IMG/VR virus record: IMGVR_UViG_3300045988_145476
Source: a virus
DNA length: 64,000 bases
Strand: one strand, 5' to 3'
Below are positions 8,089-17,138 of the stretch, one piece after another. The position numbers were made by a program, and so were the translations under genes. The notes under the pieces are model-generated. The model worked only from the letters and a program-made list of their open reading frames with translations, was not told the origin of the DNA and did not search any database. How positions within the stretch are numbered: position 1 is the first letter of the stretch; every line of letters begins with the position of its first letter.

Positions 8089-9353
8089 AAGTAGGCGAAC
8101 AGTTGTTTGTGTCTTGTTTAAAACGTAAAGACCATAAGATTCTCTCCGTTGTACAGAAGCAATGGTTGGACGATGATGAAGCCCGACAGTACCGATGTAT
8201 AATGGAGTATTATCGTGAACATGGTGAGATGATGGGTCTTAGGACGTTCGTTGATAAGTTCGGTTTAGACTCTTCGGGAGCCGATTCCCGACCGGCATAT
8301 TATCTGAACGCTCTTAAAGAACGCTACATTTTCGCAACGGTGTCGGAGAAAGTACCCAAGATACTAAAGGGTATCAAGTCCGACCCCCGTGGAAGATTGT
8401 CGGAGTTCCAGTCCCTTATCGCCATGTTATCGGTGGATGCCGTTGAAAGCAAAGACACTCTTTATTCCGATGATATTGAAACACGTATTGAGGAGTATAA
8501 AAAACGTACTGAAAAAATGGGTGTCACTCATTTAAGTATGGGTGCTCCCGATATGGATGCTACGTTTTACGGGTACAGGAAAAATGACTTGATTACTATC
8601 GGTGGTAAAGCCGGTGTAGGTAAAAGTTGGCTTATGTTATACCTTGCCTTTTTATTGGAAGGTGTAGTGAAGGAACGTTGTGAACTTGGAGAAACGCTTG
8701 GTGATATTTTGTTTATCACTAATGAGATGGGTGAAGATGAAATAAAGGAACGCATTGACTGTTTAAAATTTCATCTTCCCTTTGAAGCTTTTCAAAAAGG
8801 TACTCTTACGGAACGTGAAAGAAAACGTTATTTTCAAGGACTTAAAAAGTTAACCAGTGAGCCGTCAAAGTTGCGTATCGTATATAGCTGCCAAACTATT
8901 GACGAGCTTTCCACATACATAGGTCTTTTCCAACCGTCCGCTGTATTCATAGACGGTTCCTATCTTATGGAAAGCAGGATGCAAGAGGGGTGGGAGAAAA
9001 TCGTGTACATCACCCGTAATTTGAAAAGGCTTGCCAAGAACTTTTCCGTCCCTATTATAAACTCTACGCAGTTAAAGAGGGGTTCTTCCAAGACCGCTTC
9101 CAAATATTCACTGGACGGTCAGGATGATTTTGCCTACTCAAATTCTTACTCTCAGGATTCCGATTTGGCTATCCGTATGTTTCAGGACGCAGATATGAAG
9201 TTCCATGATGTAGTAGGATGCGAGGTTGTAAAGGGAAGACGTGTTAAAGGAAATACTACGTTTGTCTTTCAGAATGACTTGACAAATATGTGCCAATCAC
9301 TAACATTACCGGCCGATGAATCTTCCTCAACACCTGTTGTCCCAGATTTGTAA
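8085..9353 (+). CDS. DnaB-like replicative DNA helicase
   Basis: Walker A GGKAGVGKSWLM, Walker B-like AVFIDGSYLM, and NSTQLKR (DnaB H3-like SQLxR motif). Confidence 0.8.
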   Translation: MKVGEQLFVSCLKRKDHKILSVVQKQWLDDDEARQYRCIMEYYREHGEMMGLRTFVDKFGLDSSGADSRPAYYLNALKERYIFATVSEKVPKILKGIKSDPRGRLSEFQSLIAMLSVDAVESKDTLYSDDIETRIEEYKKRTEKMGVTHLSMGAPDMDATFYGYRKNDLITIGGKAGVGKSWLMLYLAFLLEGVVKERCELGETLGDILFITNEMGEDEIKERIDCLKFHLPFEAFQKGTLTERERKRYFQGLKKLTSEPSKLRIVYSCQTIDELSTYIGLFQPSAVFIDGSYLMESRMQEGWEKIVYITRNLKRLAKNFSVPIINSTQLKRGSSKTASKYSLDGQDDFAYSNSYSQDSDLAIRMFQDADMKFHDVVGCEVVKGRRVKGNTTFVFQNDLTNMCQSLTLPADESSSTPVVPDL

Positions 9354-9387
9354 CTGGACTTGCATTAGTGGCACTGGTACGATATTC

Positions 9388-9705
9388 ATGCAGGATAGAA
9401 CATTTCGTGATGTTTCCGTTGTGGGCTATTTCAAGATGTACCACTGGTGGTTTATTGTTCATAGGGACATAAGCTATCCCGATTGTTATATTGTTTCTGA
9501 GGCGAGTACCGGATGCGCAATCATGGAGTACTGCTATGATACGGTACGGGATGCTGTGGAATCCGCTTTGCCGATAATAAAAGCTAAACGGTATTACTTT
9601 TTCACTTCTACAAAAGAGAAACTGACAAAATACCGTTATAGTTTGCTGAACAGAAATTTAAATATTCAAACTTTGTCAATAGATAGTGCTTTATGGATTT
9701 TATAA
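9388..9705 (+). CDS. hypothetical protein
   Basis: First ATG after the helicase stop within track ORF 9316..9705. No motif recognised. Confidence 0.4.
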   Translation: MQDRTFRDVSVVGYFKMYHWWFIVHRDISYPDCYIVSEASTGCAIMEYCYDTVRDAVESALPIIKAKRYYFFTSTKEKLTKYRYSLLNRNLNIQTLSIDSALWIL

Positions 9706-10058
9706 ATGAGGAAGGCATCATTGCCGGACATTGTACAAAAATTAATTCCGCAAGAACCGGCGGTTGTATGAGTGAACCTTATGTCATTCACTATAATGGC
9801 TCATTCGTATATGAGGGGTTTAAGTTTGTCCTTGGACATAAAAAGAACAGCTCTGAAACTCATTTGTACGAGGTTTCTACCGGGTCTATCGCAGTGCTTA
9901 ATAAAGAAGTTTCCGGCAGACGCATTGAGAGCTATTATAAAAAGCTTCTTGATAAACTTGCCCTACATAAAACCACTATCGGAAAAGTAGTTGCAAGTTA
10001 TTGTTTTAATGAATTAGATTTACCCTTATGGAAAAAAACCGTTTTAATTCTTGGCTGA
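9693..10058 (+). CDS. hypothetical protein
   Basis: 121-aa ORF in the co-directional array. Weak similarity to the previous ORF (VSEASTGCAI vs YEVSTGSIAV). Confidence 0.4.
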   Translation: MDFINEEGIIAGHCTKINSARTGGCMSEPYVIHYNGSFVYEGFKFVLGHKKNSSETHLYEVSTGSIAVLNKEVSGRRIESYYKKLLDKLALHKTTIGKVVASYCFNELDLPLWKKTVLILG

Positions 10059-10447
10059 CTAAAATAGGTGCTGTACTGTGTGCAGCCGTTTTGTTTGCCG
10101 TGCTTGCTTTGGTCGTTGTATGGTGTATTATCGCCCCCGTTGTTAATTACGTGCGAACGCCCAGCGAAATAACCGAAATACGCATGTATTTGCGTTTTTT
10201 CTTGTTCCTTTTTGCTGTTATGGTATTCGGAGTTCTACGCTTGTATAATAGTATAGTGAAGAACACGTTGTTTCTCGTAAAACTTAGAGAAACGCTCGCT
10301 CCTTTCATACGTGCGTTTCCGGGTATTGAGAAAACTGTTCGTACTAATACGAATACCGAGAACTCTTTAAGAGGTGCTCTTGACAGATTATCCTCCTCTA
10401 TTGAGGAAGCAACCGAAATGCTTTCATCTATTAAAGATAAGAAATAA
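10028..10447 (+). CDS. membrane protein (hypothetical)
   Basis: Two hydrophobic helices (IGAVLCAAVLFAVLALVVVWCIIAPVV; LRFFLFLFAVMVFGVL). Confidence 0.45.
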   Translation: MEKNRFNSWLTKIGAVLCAAVLFAVLALVVVWCIIAPVVNYVRTPSEITEIRMYLRFFLFLFAVMVFGVLRLYNSIVKNTLFLVKLRETLAPFIRAFPGIEKTVRTNTNTENSLRGALDRLSSSIEEATEMLSSIKDKK

Positions 10448-11385
10448 TGCCAGTACATCGTTCCAAGCGCTCCCTTATGGATATATTTGCGGATTATTCT
10501 CCTAAGCAAATGACGAACGGACAAATTCGTATGGAGTGTCCGTTCCGTGAGAACCATGAGGACGGTAGTGGACGCATTTCCTTTTTTGTAAGCCCCGATA
10601 AGAACGCTTATCATTGCTTTTCTTGCAACGAGCATGGAAACCTTGTCAACTTGCTTACTACAAAATTCGAGGTGGGGTACTTTGATGCGATGGAACTCGT
10701 TACGATTTCCGATTTCGAGAAAAAGGACTCCCCCGAATTTGAACTTGATTTAAGCTGGCGGTTAATACCGCCCGAAGACTTTCTTAAACGTGGTTTTAAA
10801 AAGGAAACGCTCAAACACTTCCGTATAGGTCTTTCCGAGGATAACAAGATTATCATTCCGTTTTATCGGGACTTCAAAACTCTTACCGAACTTGTAGGTT
10901 ATCAGTCAAGAACCAACTATCCTACACGTGTGGTTCGGAACAGTAAGAATTTCAAAAAGTCTGAGTACTTATATAACTTGGACTTCTCTTATGATTACGT
11001 AATAGTCGTAGAGGGTTATTCCGATGTTATGCGGTTGTACCAGCATGGCTACAATGCGACCGCTTTGCTCGGAGCTGACATGAGTTCGTGGCAGGCTTCC
11101 CAAGTTGCCAAGTTTCCGAAAGTATATCTGGCTCTTGATAATGATAATACAGGTAGACGTGCTACGGAGATTTGCTATCACCAGTTGAAGAATGAAACCG
11201 AGGTTTTGTTAGTTCCTTATACAAGTAAAGACCCTGGCGAGTGTATTTCTCCGAAAGTTTGGGGGAGATTCTTCCACAGTAGTACGGACTATGTTGAATA
11301 TTCAATGGAAATGGCTATCGGTTGGGATGATTATCTTGACATGAAAGATAAAGTGTTACGTGAATTAAAAAATAGAAAAGAATGA
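10447..11385 (+). CDS. DnaG-like DNA primase (zinc finger + TOPRIM)
   Basis: CHC2 zinc finger CPFRENHEDGSGRISFFVSPDKNAYHCFSC. TOPRIM motifs VIVVEGYSDV and LALDNDNTGR. Confidence 0.85.
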   Translation: MPVHRSKRSLMDIFADYSPKQMTNGQIRMECPFRENHEDGSGRISFFVSPDKNAYHCFSCNEHGNLVNLLTTKFEVGYFDAMELVTISDFEKKDSPEFELDLSWRLIPPEDFLKRGFKKETLKHFRIGLSEDNKIIIPFYRDFKTLTELVGYQSRTNYPTRVVRNSKNFKKSEYLYNLDFSYDYVIVVEGYSDVMRLYQHGYNATALLGADMSSWQASQVAKFPKVYLALDNDNTGRRATEICYHQLKNETEVLLVPYTSKDPGECISPKVWGRFFHSSTDYVEYSMEMAIGWDDYLDMKDKVLRELKNRKE

Positions 11386-11975
11386 GATTTATATACGGTT
11401 GGAATGGTCTTGCTCCAGATAAACATATCGTTATAATAAGAGGACTTGATTCGGATTCCTTTTCTTTCTTCACTTCTTTCGTGAAAAGGTACCCTACTAT
11501 CGGGTTGTTTCTTACCAATGATATAGGAGAGGAACGTAATGATGCTTGTTCACCTTTCATAGATGAATCTGTTACGTCTTCTATACATACATTTCTTATT
11601 CGGGAACGACCGGATGATACTTCTGACGCAGACCTCATAAAATTGGTTTTGGAGGATTTTCCTCCTTACAATGAAGACGAAGACCCTATTGTAGAAGAGT
11701 ATTCGTATAAAGACTTTTTAAGTTCAGTGTATGATGTGGCAGAACCAAGAGGTTTCGCAAGTCCCGAAAACTTTCGAGCAAGGTATCTTGTAAACCGTGA
11801 GATGCTCTCCCGTATTCCTGTTGAGGAGAACAAAGAAAGGCTTCTTAGACAGTTTGTTTCTGACTTTTCCAAGACTATTATTGAAAACGCAGAAAAATAT
11901 ATCCGAACGGATATTTCGTATGATGATTGGGGTACAATGGAAGTTAGTTTTACTCTCAGCATAGTTCCGAAATAG
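11382..11975 (+). CDS. hypothetical protein
   Basis: 197-aa ORF with ATGA overlap to the primase gene. No motif recognised. Confidence 0.5.
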   Translation: MRFIYGWNGLAPDKHIVIIRGLDSDSFSFFTSFVKRYPTIGLFLTNDIGEERNDACSPFIDESVTSSIHTFLIRERPDDTSDADLIKLVLEDFPPYNEDEDPIVEEYSYKDFLSSVYDVAEPRGFASPENFRARYLVNREMLSRIPVEENKERLLRQFVSDFSKTIIENAEKYIRTDISYDDWGTMEVSFTLSIVPK

Positions 11976-11978
11976 ACA

Positions 11979-12010
11979 TTTGGAAGTTATCTATTATTTT
12001 TGTATATTTA
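11979..12010 (+). promoter_or_regulatory. predicted Bacteroidota-type promoter
   Basis: CATTTGGAAGT context. TTTG 11979-11982, 20-nt spacer, TATATTTA 12003-12010. Confidence 0.55.
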
Positions 12011-12050
12011 AGTGTATTAGAAAACACATAGTGTTTAACCGTCCAATACA

Positions 12051-12749
12051 ATGGACTTAAAAATTAGTATTATGCCAGTAAGAGAAAGTGGTCGTCGTAG
12101 ACGACATGACGAGGATGAACCTCGCAGTGCTCGTAAAAAAGAGCGTAAACAAGGTTGGGGTGCAGTTGCACAACGCCAAGCGGAAGTTGCTGAAAACAGA
12201 GAAAAAAGTGAAAACGCTGTTCGTGACTTCTGGCTTAAACCGGGTGAAACCGCTATTATCCAGTTCTTACAAGACGAACCGTATTGCTACAATGCGCACA
12301 GCGTAAAGGACAAACGTGGTAACTGGACTACAATTCCTTGTCAGTTGGATACCAGCCGTCATTGTGTACTCTGTTCCGAGGGTTCCAAACAAATTTGGCG
12401 TGCTGCGTTTAAGTTACTCGATTATCGTGGTAGCTGGGATTCTGAAAAGAAGAAGTTCAAACACGACAAGCCGGTCGAAAAGATTTGGAGAGTTGGTACT
12501 ACTATCGCCCAACAGTTGAAACAGATTGTCGATAAAAAAGGTAAGGAACTTACTGAACTCGTTCTTGAAGTTACCCGTACCGGCGAGGGGAAAGACGCAA
12601 CGTACAATTTTGAGATGGCTTTTGACGATGATGATAGACGTATGCGTCCGAAAGATTGGGAAGAAATGCTCCCGTCCGCAGAGGAAATTTGCCAACCGCC
12701 AACGGATGATGAACTTGACGAGATGGGTGTTTCCGTAAGCGATGATTGA
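12051..12749 (+). CDS. putative single-stranded DNA-binding protein
   Basis: Sits directly upstream of the DNA polymerase gene. Basic N-terminus, Cys pairs (CQLDTSRHCVLC), acidic C-terminal tail (DDELDEMGVSVSDD) typical of phage SSBs. Function is inferred. Confidence 0.4.
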   Translation: MDLKISIMPVRESGRRRRHDEDEPRSARKKERKQGWGAVAQRQAEVAENREKSENAVRDFWLKPGETAIIQFLQDEPYCYNAHSVKDKRGNWTTIPCQLDTSRHCVLCSEGSKQIWRAAFKLLDYRGSWDSEKKKFKHDKPVEKIWRVGTTIAQQLKQIVDKKGKELTELVLEVTRTGEGKDATYNFEMAFDDDDRRMRPKDWEEMLPSAEEICQPPTDDELDEMGVSVSDD

Positions 12750-12769
12750 TAGTTTTTATTTATAAATGT

Positions 12770-12803
12770 ATAGGGTGGTAGTTTTAATAGGCTGTCACCC
12801 TAT
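12770..12803 (+). terminator. hairpin downstream of the SSB-like gene (weak terminator candidate)
   Basis: ATAGGGTG (12770-12777) / CACCCTAT (12796-12803) 8-bp stem with an 18-nt loop. No clear T-run. Confidence 0.35.
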
Positions 12804-12816
12804 CTAAATTTGTACT

Positions 12817-14682
12817 ATGAAGGAATTAAAAACCCCGTCTTGTACGGTTGGACTTGTACAGAGTCTTAGTGAACTAAAGGATTACTTGTATTCATGTGAA
12901 GATAACAGTATTCTTACAAAAGACTGGGAAACTACCGGACTTGATTTTGATGCGGTTCCTTTAGGTCTCTCCTTGCACCAACGAGGGAGAAACCCGATAT
13001 TCGTACCGATAGATTTTCATTTTAGTAAGGGGTTCCCCATGAAAGAAGTTGCCGAGATATGCAACGAACAGTTTCCCCGTTTTAGACTTATAGCGCATAA
13101 CGCCAAATATGATAGTATGATAAGCGTTATGAATGGTATCAAAGACGAGTGTTTCTCTTTCTATGTGGATACCTTGCAGATGATTCATCTGTATAACCCG
13201 AATTTAGCTATGAAACTGGAAGATAGAGTACTTGCTGATTTCGGTTATGCGAAAAAGGATTTTAAGGAGATAAGTGGTAAACCGTGGAACCGTATTAATT
13301 GGAGTTTGGACGGTGACGAACTTCTTGAACTTCTTGCCGGATATGCTGGTGAGGATACTTATTGGGAAACAAAACTGTATTACAAGTATATGCCCCTTTT
13401 GGATGAACACGCTAAACGGTTACTTTTCGAGGTTGAGATGCCCATGATTAACATCCTTAGGGATGCGAAAATCAGAGGTGTTCTTATCAATAAGGATTTG
13501 CTTCTTGATTTCGATAAACATGTAGACAGTGCGTTATCTGAATGTCTGGATTCTATCTATGAGGAATGTGGTTGCGTGTTCAATCTCAATTCCGCCCCGC
13601 AAAAGCAGAAAGTGTTTTTCGACCAGATGAAACTTCCCGTTATAAAAACCACTAAAAAAGGGGGTAGAAGTACTGATGCCGGAACGTATGAGGAGTGGGC
13701 TAATATGGGATATTCGGTCGGTGAGGCTTTATTGGATTATTCCGAATTACAAAAGCTCATTACTGGTTATATCCGAGCCATTCCACCACAGTTGGACTCT
13801 CATAACGTTCTTCGTGGTGACTTGAATAGTGCGGGAACTAAAACCGGACGTATGTCGAGTAGTGGGCCTAATTTACAGAACATGCCCAATAATCATAACT
13901 TTCCAGTACGGGCAGCTTTTATTCCGAGACCGGGTTATGTGTTCGTTAATTACGATTACTCGCAATTGGAACTTCGTGTAATGGCTCATGTAAGCCATGA
14001 TAAACACTTTATGGATATTTTTCTTCATGGTGGCGACCCTCATGGCGATGTTGCAAAACGTTGTGGTATTACTCGAAAACAGGCAAAAGTTATGAATTTT
14101 GGCGTGTTGTACGGCATGGGAGTTGGTAAGTATGTAAATACGTTTAAAGTGTCCAAAGAGCGTGCCCGTCAGATGATTGATGATTATCATAAAGTGTATA
14201 GTGGATTTGCCAAATGGAAAGAGAGTACCGAAACATTCGCCAAACGAAACGGATACGTTCGTACTATCTTTGGACGTATCCGTCAGTTGCCCGAAGCCTC
14301 TAAAGACCCGTTTCATCGGGATGATGCGGCTTATTTCGGTGCACTCCGACAAGCAGTTAACACTGTTATACAAGGAAGCGGTGCCGACATTGTGAAAAAA
14401 GCCACTATTGCTATGTGCCGTAAATTTAAAGAACGTAATTTGGACGCTCATTTTCTGTTACAGGTGCATGATGAAGTTCTCATTGAAGCACGTATAGACC
14501 AGATGTTTGAAGTTGAACGCATTGTCATTGACTGTATGGAAAACACTGTTAAACTTGACGTTCCTTTGCTTGCGGATGGTAAGATACTTGCTAATTGGGG
14601 AGAGATGAAAGACGATGATGTGGTATCATTACCATATAGATTTGATTATTCAATTTATTCTTCATTATTTAATATTGCATAG
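12817..14682 (+). CDS. family A DNA polymerase with 3'-5' exonuclease domain
   Basis: Exo I DWETTGLD. Motif A VNYDYSQLELRVMAH. RMSSSGPNLQNMP. Motif B RKQAKVMNFGVLYGMG. Motif C LQVHDEVLIEA. Confidence 0.95.
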   Translation: MKELKTPSCTVGLVQSLSELKDYLYSCEDNSILTKDWETTGLDFDAVPLGLSLHQRGRNPIFVPIDFHFSKGFPMKEVAEICNEQFPRFRLIAHNAKYDSMISVMNGIKDECFSFYVDTLQMIHLYNPNLAMKLEDRVLADFGYAKKDFKEISGKPWNRINWSLDGDELLELLAGYAGEDTYWETKLYYKYMPLLDEHAKRLLFEVEMPMINILRDAKIRGVLINKDLLLDFDKHVDSALSECLDSIYEECGCVFNLNSAPQKQKVFFDQMKLPVIKTTKKGGRSTDAGTYEEWANMGYSVGEALLDYSELQKLITGYIRAIPPQLDSHNVLRGDLNSAGTKTGRMSSSGPNLQNMPNNHNFPVRAAFIPRPGYVFVNYDYSQLELRVMAHVSHDKHFMDIFLHGGDPHGDVAKRCGITRKQAKVMNFGVLYGMGVGKYVNTFKVSKERARQMIDDYHKVYSGFAKWKESTETFAKRNGYVRTIFGRIRQLPEASKDPFHRDDAAYFGALRQAVNTVIQGSGADIVKKATIAMCRKFKERNLDAHFLLQVHDEVLIEARIDQMFEVERIVIDCMENTVKLDVPLLADGKILANWGEMKDDDVVSLPYRFDYSIYSSLFNIA

Positions 14683-14684
14683 CT

Positions 14685-15812
14685 ATGCCGAAGAAATCTT
14701 TGTCCTCGTTGAATGAGGTTATCAATCGTTTTAATAAGACAATGGGAGATGGTGTTATACATACAGCTTCCACTTTGCCTAATTGTCGCAAGATACTTAG
14801 TTCCGTTCCCGCTTATAATTATATCAGCTTCGGTGGATTTCCTATCGGACGTGTTATTGAACACTACGGAGAAAACGGTTCCTTGAAAAGCTATCTTTCG
14901 TATGATGCCATAGCCCAGTTCCAGCATTATGATTGGGCTAACCATGAACAAGGTGCTTTTACGAAATTCACTTATTCGGGTGAAGGTGACGTAAGGGAAC
15001 TTGAGGGATACGAATTACGAAAAGGGTATAAACCTAAAAAAGACCCTATCGCAAGACGTGTCGCCCTTGTTGATTTGGAAGCTACCTATACTCCCGATTG
15101 GGGAGAGAAATTCGGAATAGACAATGAGGGTCTTATTCTGATTCGCCCTACCATGCTAACTGAAAGTGTGGATGTGGTACAAGCGTTACTTGCCGAGGAA
15201 GATATTAGCTTGGTAGTATTTGACAGTCTTTCGGCCGTTGGTACGGATGATGAAGTTGACAAATCAATGGAAGACCAACAAATGGCTTCTGGCGCACGTT
15301 TTTGGAACAAGGCTTTCCGAAAGTTCCAAGCCTCTCTAAACGCTTCCCCACATGGTGAGGCTACCTTGCTCGTTATTAATTCCGCTTATCAGAAAACTGG
15401 TATTGCCTATGGCGACCCAGAAGTTATCAGAAACGGAGAACAGTTGAAACGTACCAAAACATTATCCGTACGTTTTAAGGCACTCAAGAAGATACAGGGT
15501 AAGACTGACGAGGGGGACGTAACGGTCGGTAGGAACATTACGATTGAGTGTATGAAGAATAAAGTGGGAAATCCCGGACGTACCGCAAATTTCTTCTACG
15601 CATATACAGATTACGGAAATGTTCCTCGTAATAAGACTGACGTTGCCGGACAAATCGTTGACCTCGGACTTCGGTTCGGTTTGGTTGAACGGAAAGGAGC
15701 GTGGTATATCTATGGTGATACACGTGTACAAGGAATGGACGGTTTCGTTGATGCACTTACGAAAAACGGTGAATTGAAAGAACTTGAAAAGGACGTTTAT
15801 GATGAAATGTAA
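14685..15812 (+). CDS. RecA/UvsX-like recombinase with atypical Walker A
   Basis: [21 protein letters not shown] aligns to RecA [49 protein letters not shown] aligns to FIDAEHALDP...LLxSQP. Walker B [10 protein letters not shown]. Confidence 0.75.
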   Translation: [375 protein letters not shown]

Positions 15813-15814
15813 CG

Positions 15815-16081
15815 ATGAAGAAAATTGAGATTGCCGAGGATGATTTTAAGAAGATTATCCTCATGCTTAAATTAAGCAAGAAATCAATGAACATTGACCC
15901 GAAGGATTTACTGTTAGGAAATCTTTGGCGTGTTGCACCTAAGTTGGCGGATAAGTTATTACGTACTGCCGGCTACGCTATCGTAGAAAACAAAGGACGT
16001 ATTTCCGTAAAACCAGTTAATACTACCGAAACACCTAAAGAGGAGAAACCGGCTCCCCGTTGTAGGAAACGTACTCGGTAG
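15815..16081 (+). CDS. hypothetical protein
   Basis: 88-aa ORF followed by a strong terminator. No motif recognised. Confidence 0.5.
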   Translation: MKKIEIAEDDFKKIILMLKLSKKSMNIDPKDLLLGNLWRVAPKLADKLLRTAGYAIVENKGRISVKPVNTTETPKEEKPAPRCRKRTR

Positions 16082-16087
16082 ATTTTC

Positions 16088-16128
16088 AGAGTCCTCGGTT
16101 TTTTGAATTTTTTCCGAGGACTCTTTTA
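16088..16128 (+). terminator. rho-independent terminator
   Basis: Perfect 11-bp stem AGAGTCCTCGG (16088-16098) / CCGAGGACTCT (16114-16124), T-rich loop, followed by TTT. Confidence 0.7.
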
Positions 16129-16134
16129 CTTACT

Positions 16135-16533
16135 ATGCGTATGGATACAATATTATTACTAACAAGTTTGCAGGAAACCTTGTTTCCTCAGACAATGTAC
16201 ATCAATCAGTTCGGAGTGTTTCTTCACGCTTTCCATATTAGCTTTGCGTGCCCTAAAGCAAAGTTAAAAATCGAACTGGGTTCTTTAAACGGTATATGGG
16301 GAAGTACTCCCACAGCGTTTTCTACTCATTGTGGTTTTGGAAAACCCCTTACCCGTGAGAATTTTAAGTACCCAAATATAACCGAGGCGGTAAGAAGTTC
16401 CGTTATTGAGGCAGTTGACTACTTTTATTCTGCATCTGTTCCCAATAGCTTGATGAAGGAATTTAAAAAGTGGGAAGCACTTTCCGATGAAGAAAAACTT
16501 AAAACGTTATGCCAAAGAAATTCGCTTATATAG
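16135..16533 (+). CDS. hypothetical protein
   Basis: 132-aa ORF. No motif recognised. Confidence 0.4.
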   Translation: MRMDTILLLTSLQETLFPQTMYINQFGVFLHAFHISFACPKAKLKIELGSLNGIWGSTPTAFSTHCGFGKPLTRENFKYPNITEAVRSSVIEAVDYFYSASVPNSLMKEFKKWEALSDEEKLKTLCQRNSLI

Positions 16534-16865
16534 ACCGTCTTTTTGAAAAGGAGACTACTCGTGCCCGTTCTAAAAAACAGGAGAGCCGTATTGCACGTGA
16601 ATTAAAAGGACACACCTCTATAAATTCGGGAGCTACATTCGGACAAAATGATGTGATTACCGATTTTTGTGAAGTTGAAGCCAAAACCACCGAAAAGGAG
16701 TCTTTCTCTTTAACTCTTGCCGATTGGAGAAAACTAAAAAAGAAATGCAAGGGTTCCAAGATGCCTATACTGGTCGTTGACTTTGAAAAAAGCACCGATA
16801 GTCTGGCGGTTCTTACCTATGACGATTTACTCTTTCTCATTGAAAAGGCCAATAAAGAGGACTGA
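16509..16865 (+). CDS. small PD-(D/E)xK-like nuclease (resolvase-like; tentative)
   Basis: SGATFGQNDV...CEVEAKTT pattern (D...ExK). Paralogous to the C-terminal domain of 22531..23535 (SGSNSGHNTNSD...IECKVR). Confidence 0.45.
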   Translation: MPKKFAYIDRLFEKETTRARSKKQESRIARELKGHTSINSGATFGQNDVITDFCEVEAKTTEKESFSLTLADWRKLKKKCKGSKMPILVVDFEKSTDSLAVLTYDDLLFLIEKANKED

Positions 16866-16873
16866 CCGGACGG

Positions 16874-16905
16874 TTTGGAGTTTATCTTGTAAATGTGTAT
16901 CTTTA
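16874..16905 (+). promoter_or_regulatory. predicted Bacteroidota-type promoter (leaderless transcript?)
   Basis: TTTG 16874-16877, 20-nt spacer, TATCTTTA 16898-16905. The ATG at 16910 starts 5 nt after the -7 box. Confidence 0.45.
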
Positions 16906-16909
16906 TAGT

Positions 16910-17113
16910 ATGAAACGAACAAGTTACAAACCTTTCCGCATCATTGACGGATACCTAATTAAACCACAGCAAGGCGGTTACTATAAAATAGTTGAATATT
17001 CAAGTATGAGTAATGGACAGAGTTCTAAGAAACGAACGGTCGCAAAAAACTTGGACTTATCTACTGCCGAAGCAGAACTTTATAAACTGGAGAAACAAAA
17101 TAAGAAACCATAA
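16910..17113 (+). CDS. hypothetical protein
   Basis: ATG 16910 within track ORF 16895..17113 (track start is GTG inside the -7 box). 67 aa. Confidence 0.4.
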   Translation: MKRTSYKPFRIIDGYLIKPQQGGYYKIVEYSSMSNGQSSKKRTVAKNLDLSTAEAELYKLEKQNKKP

Positions 17114-17138
17114 ATAAACACTAATTAAAAATCCCACA

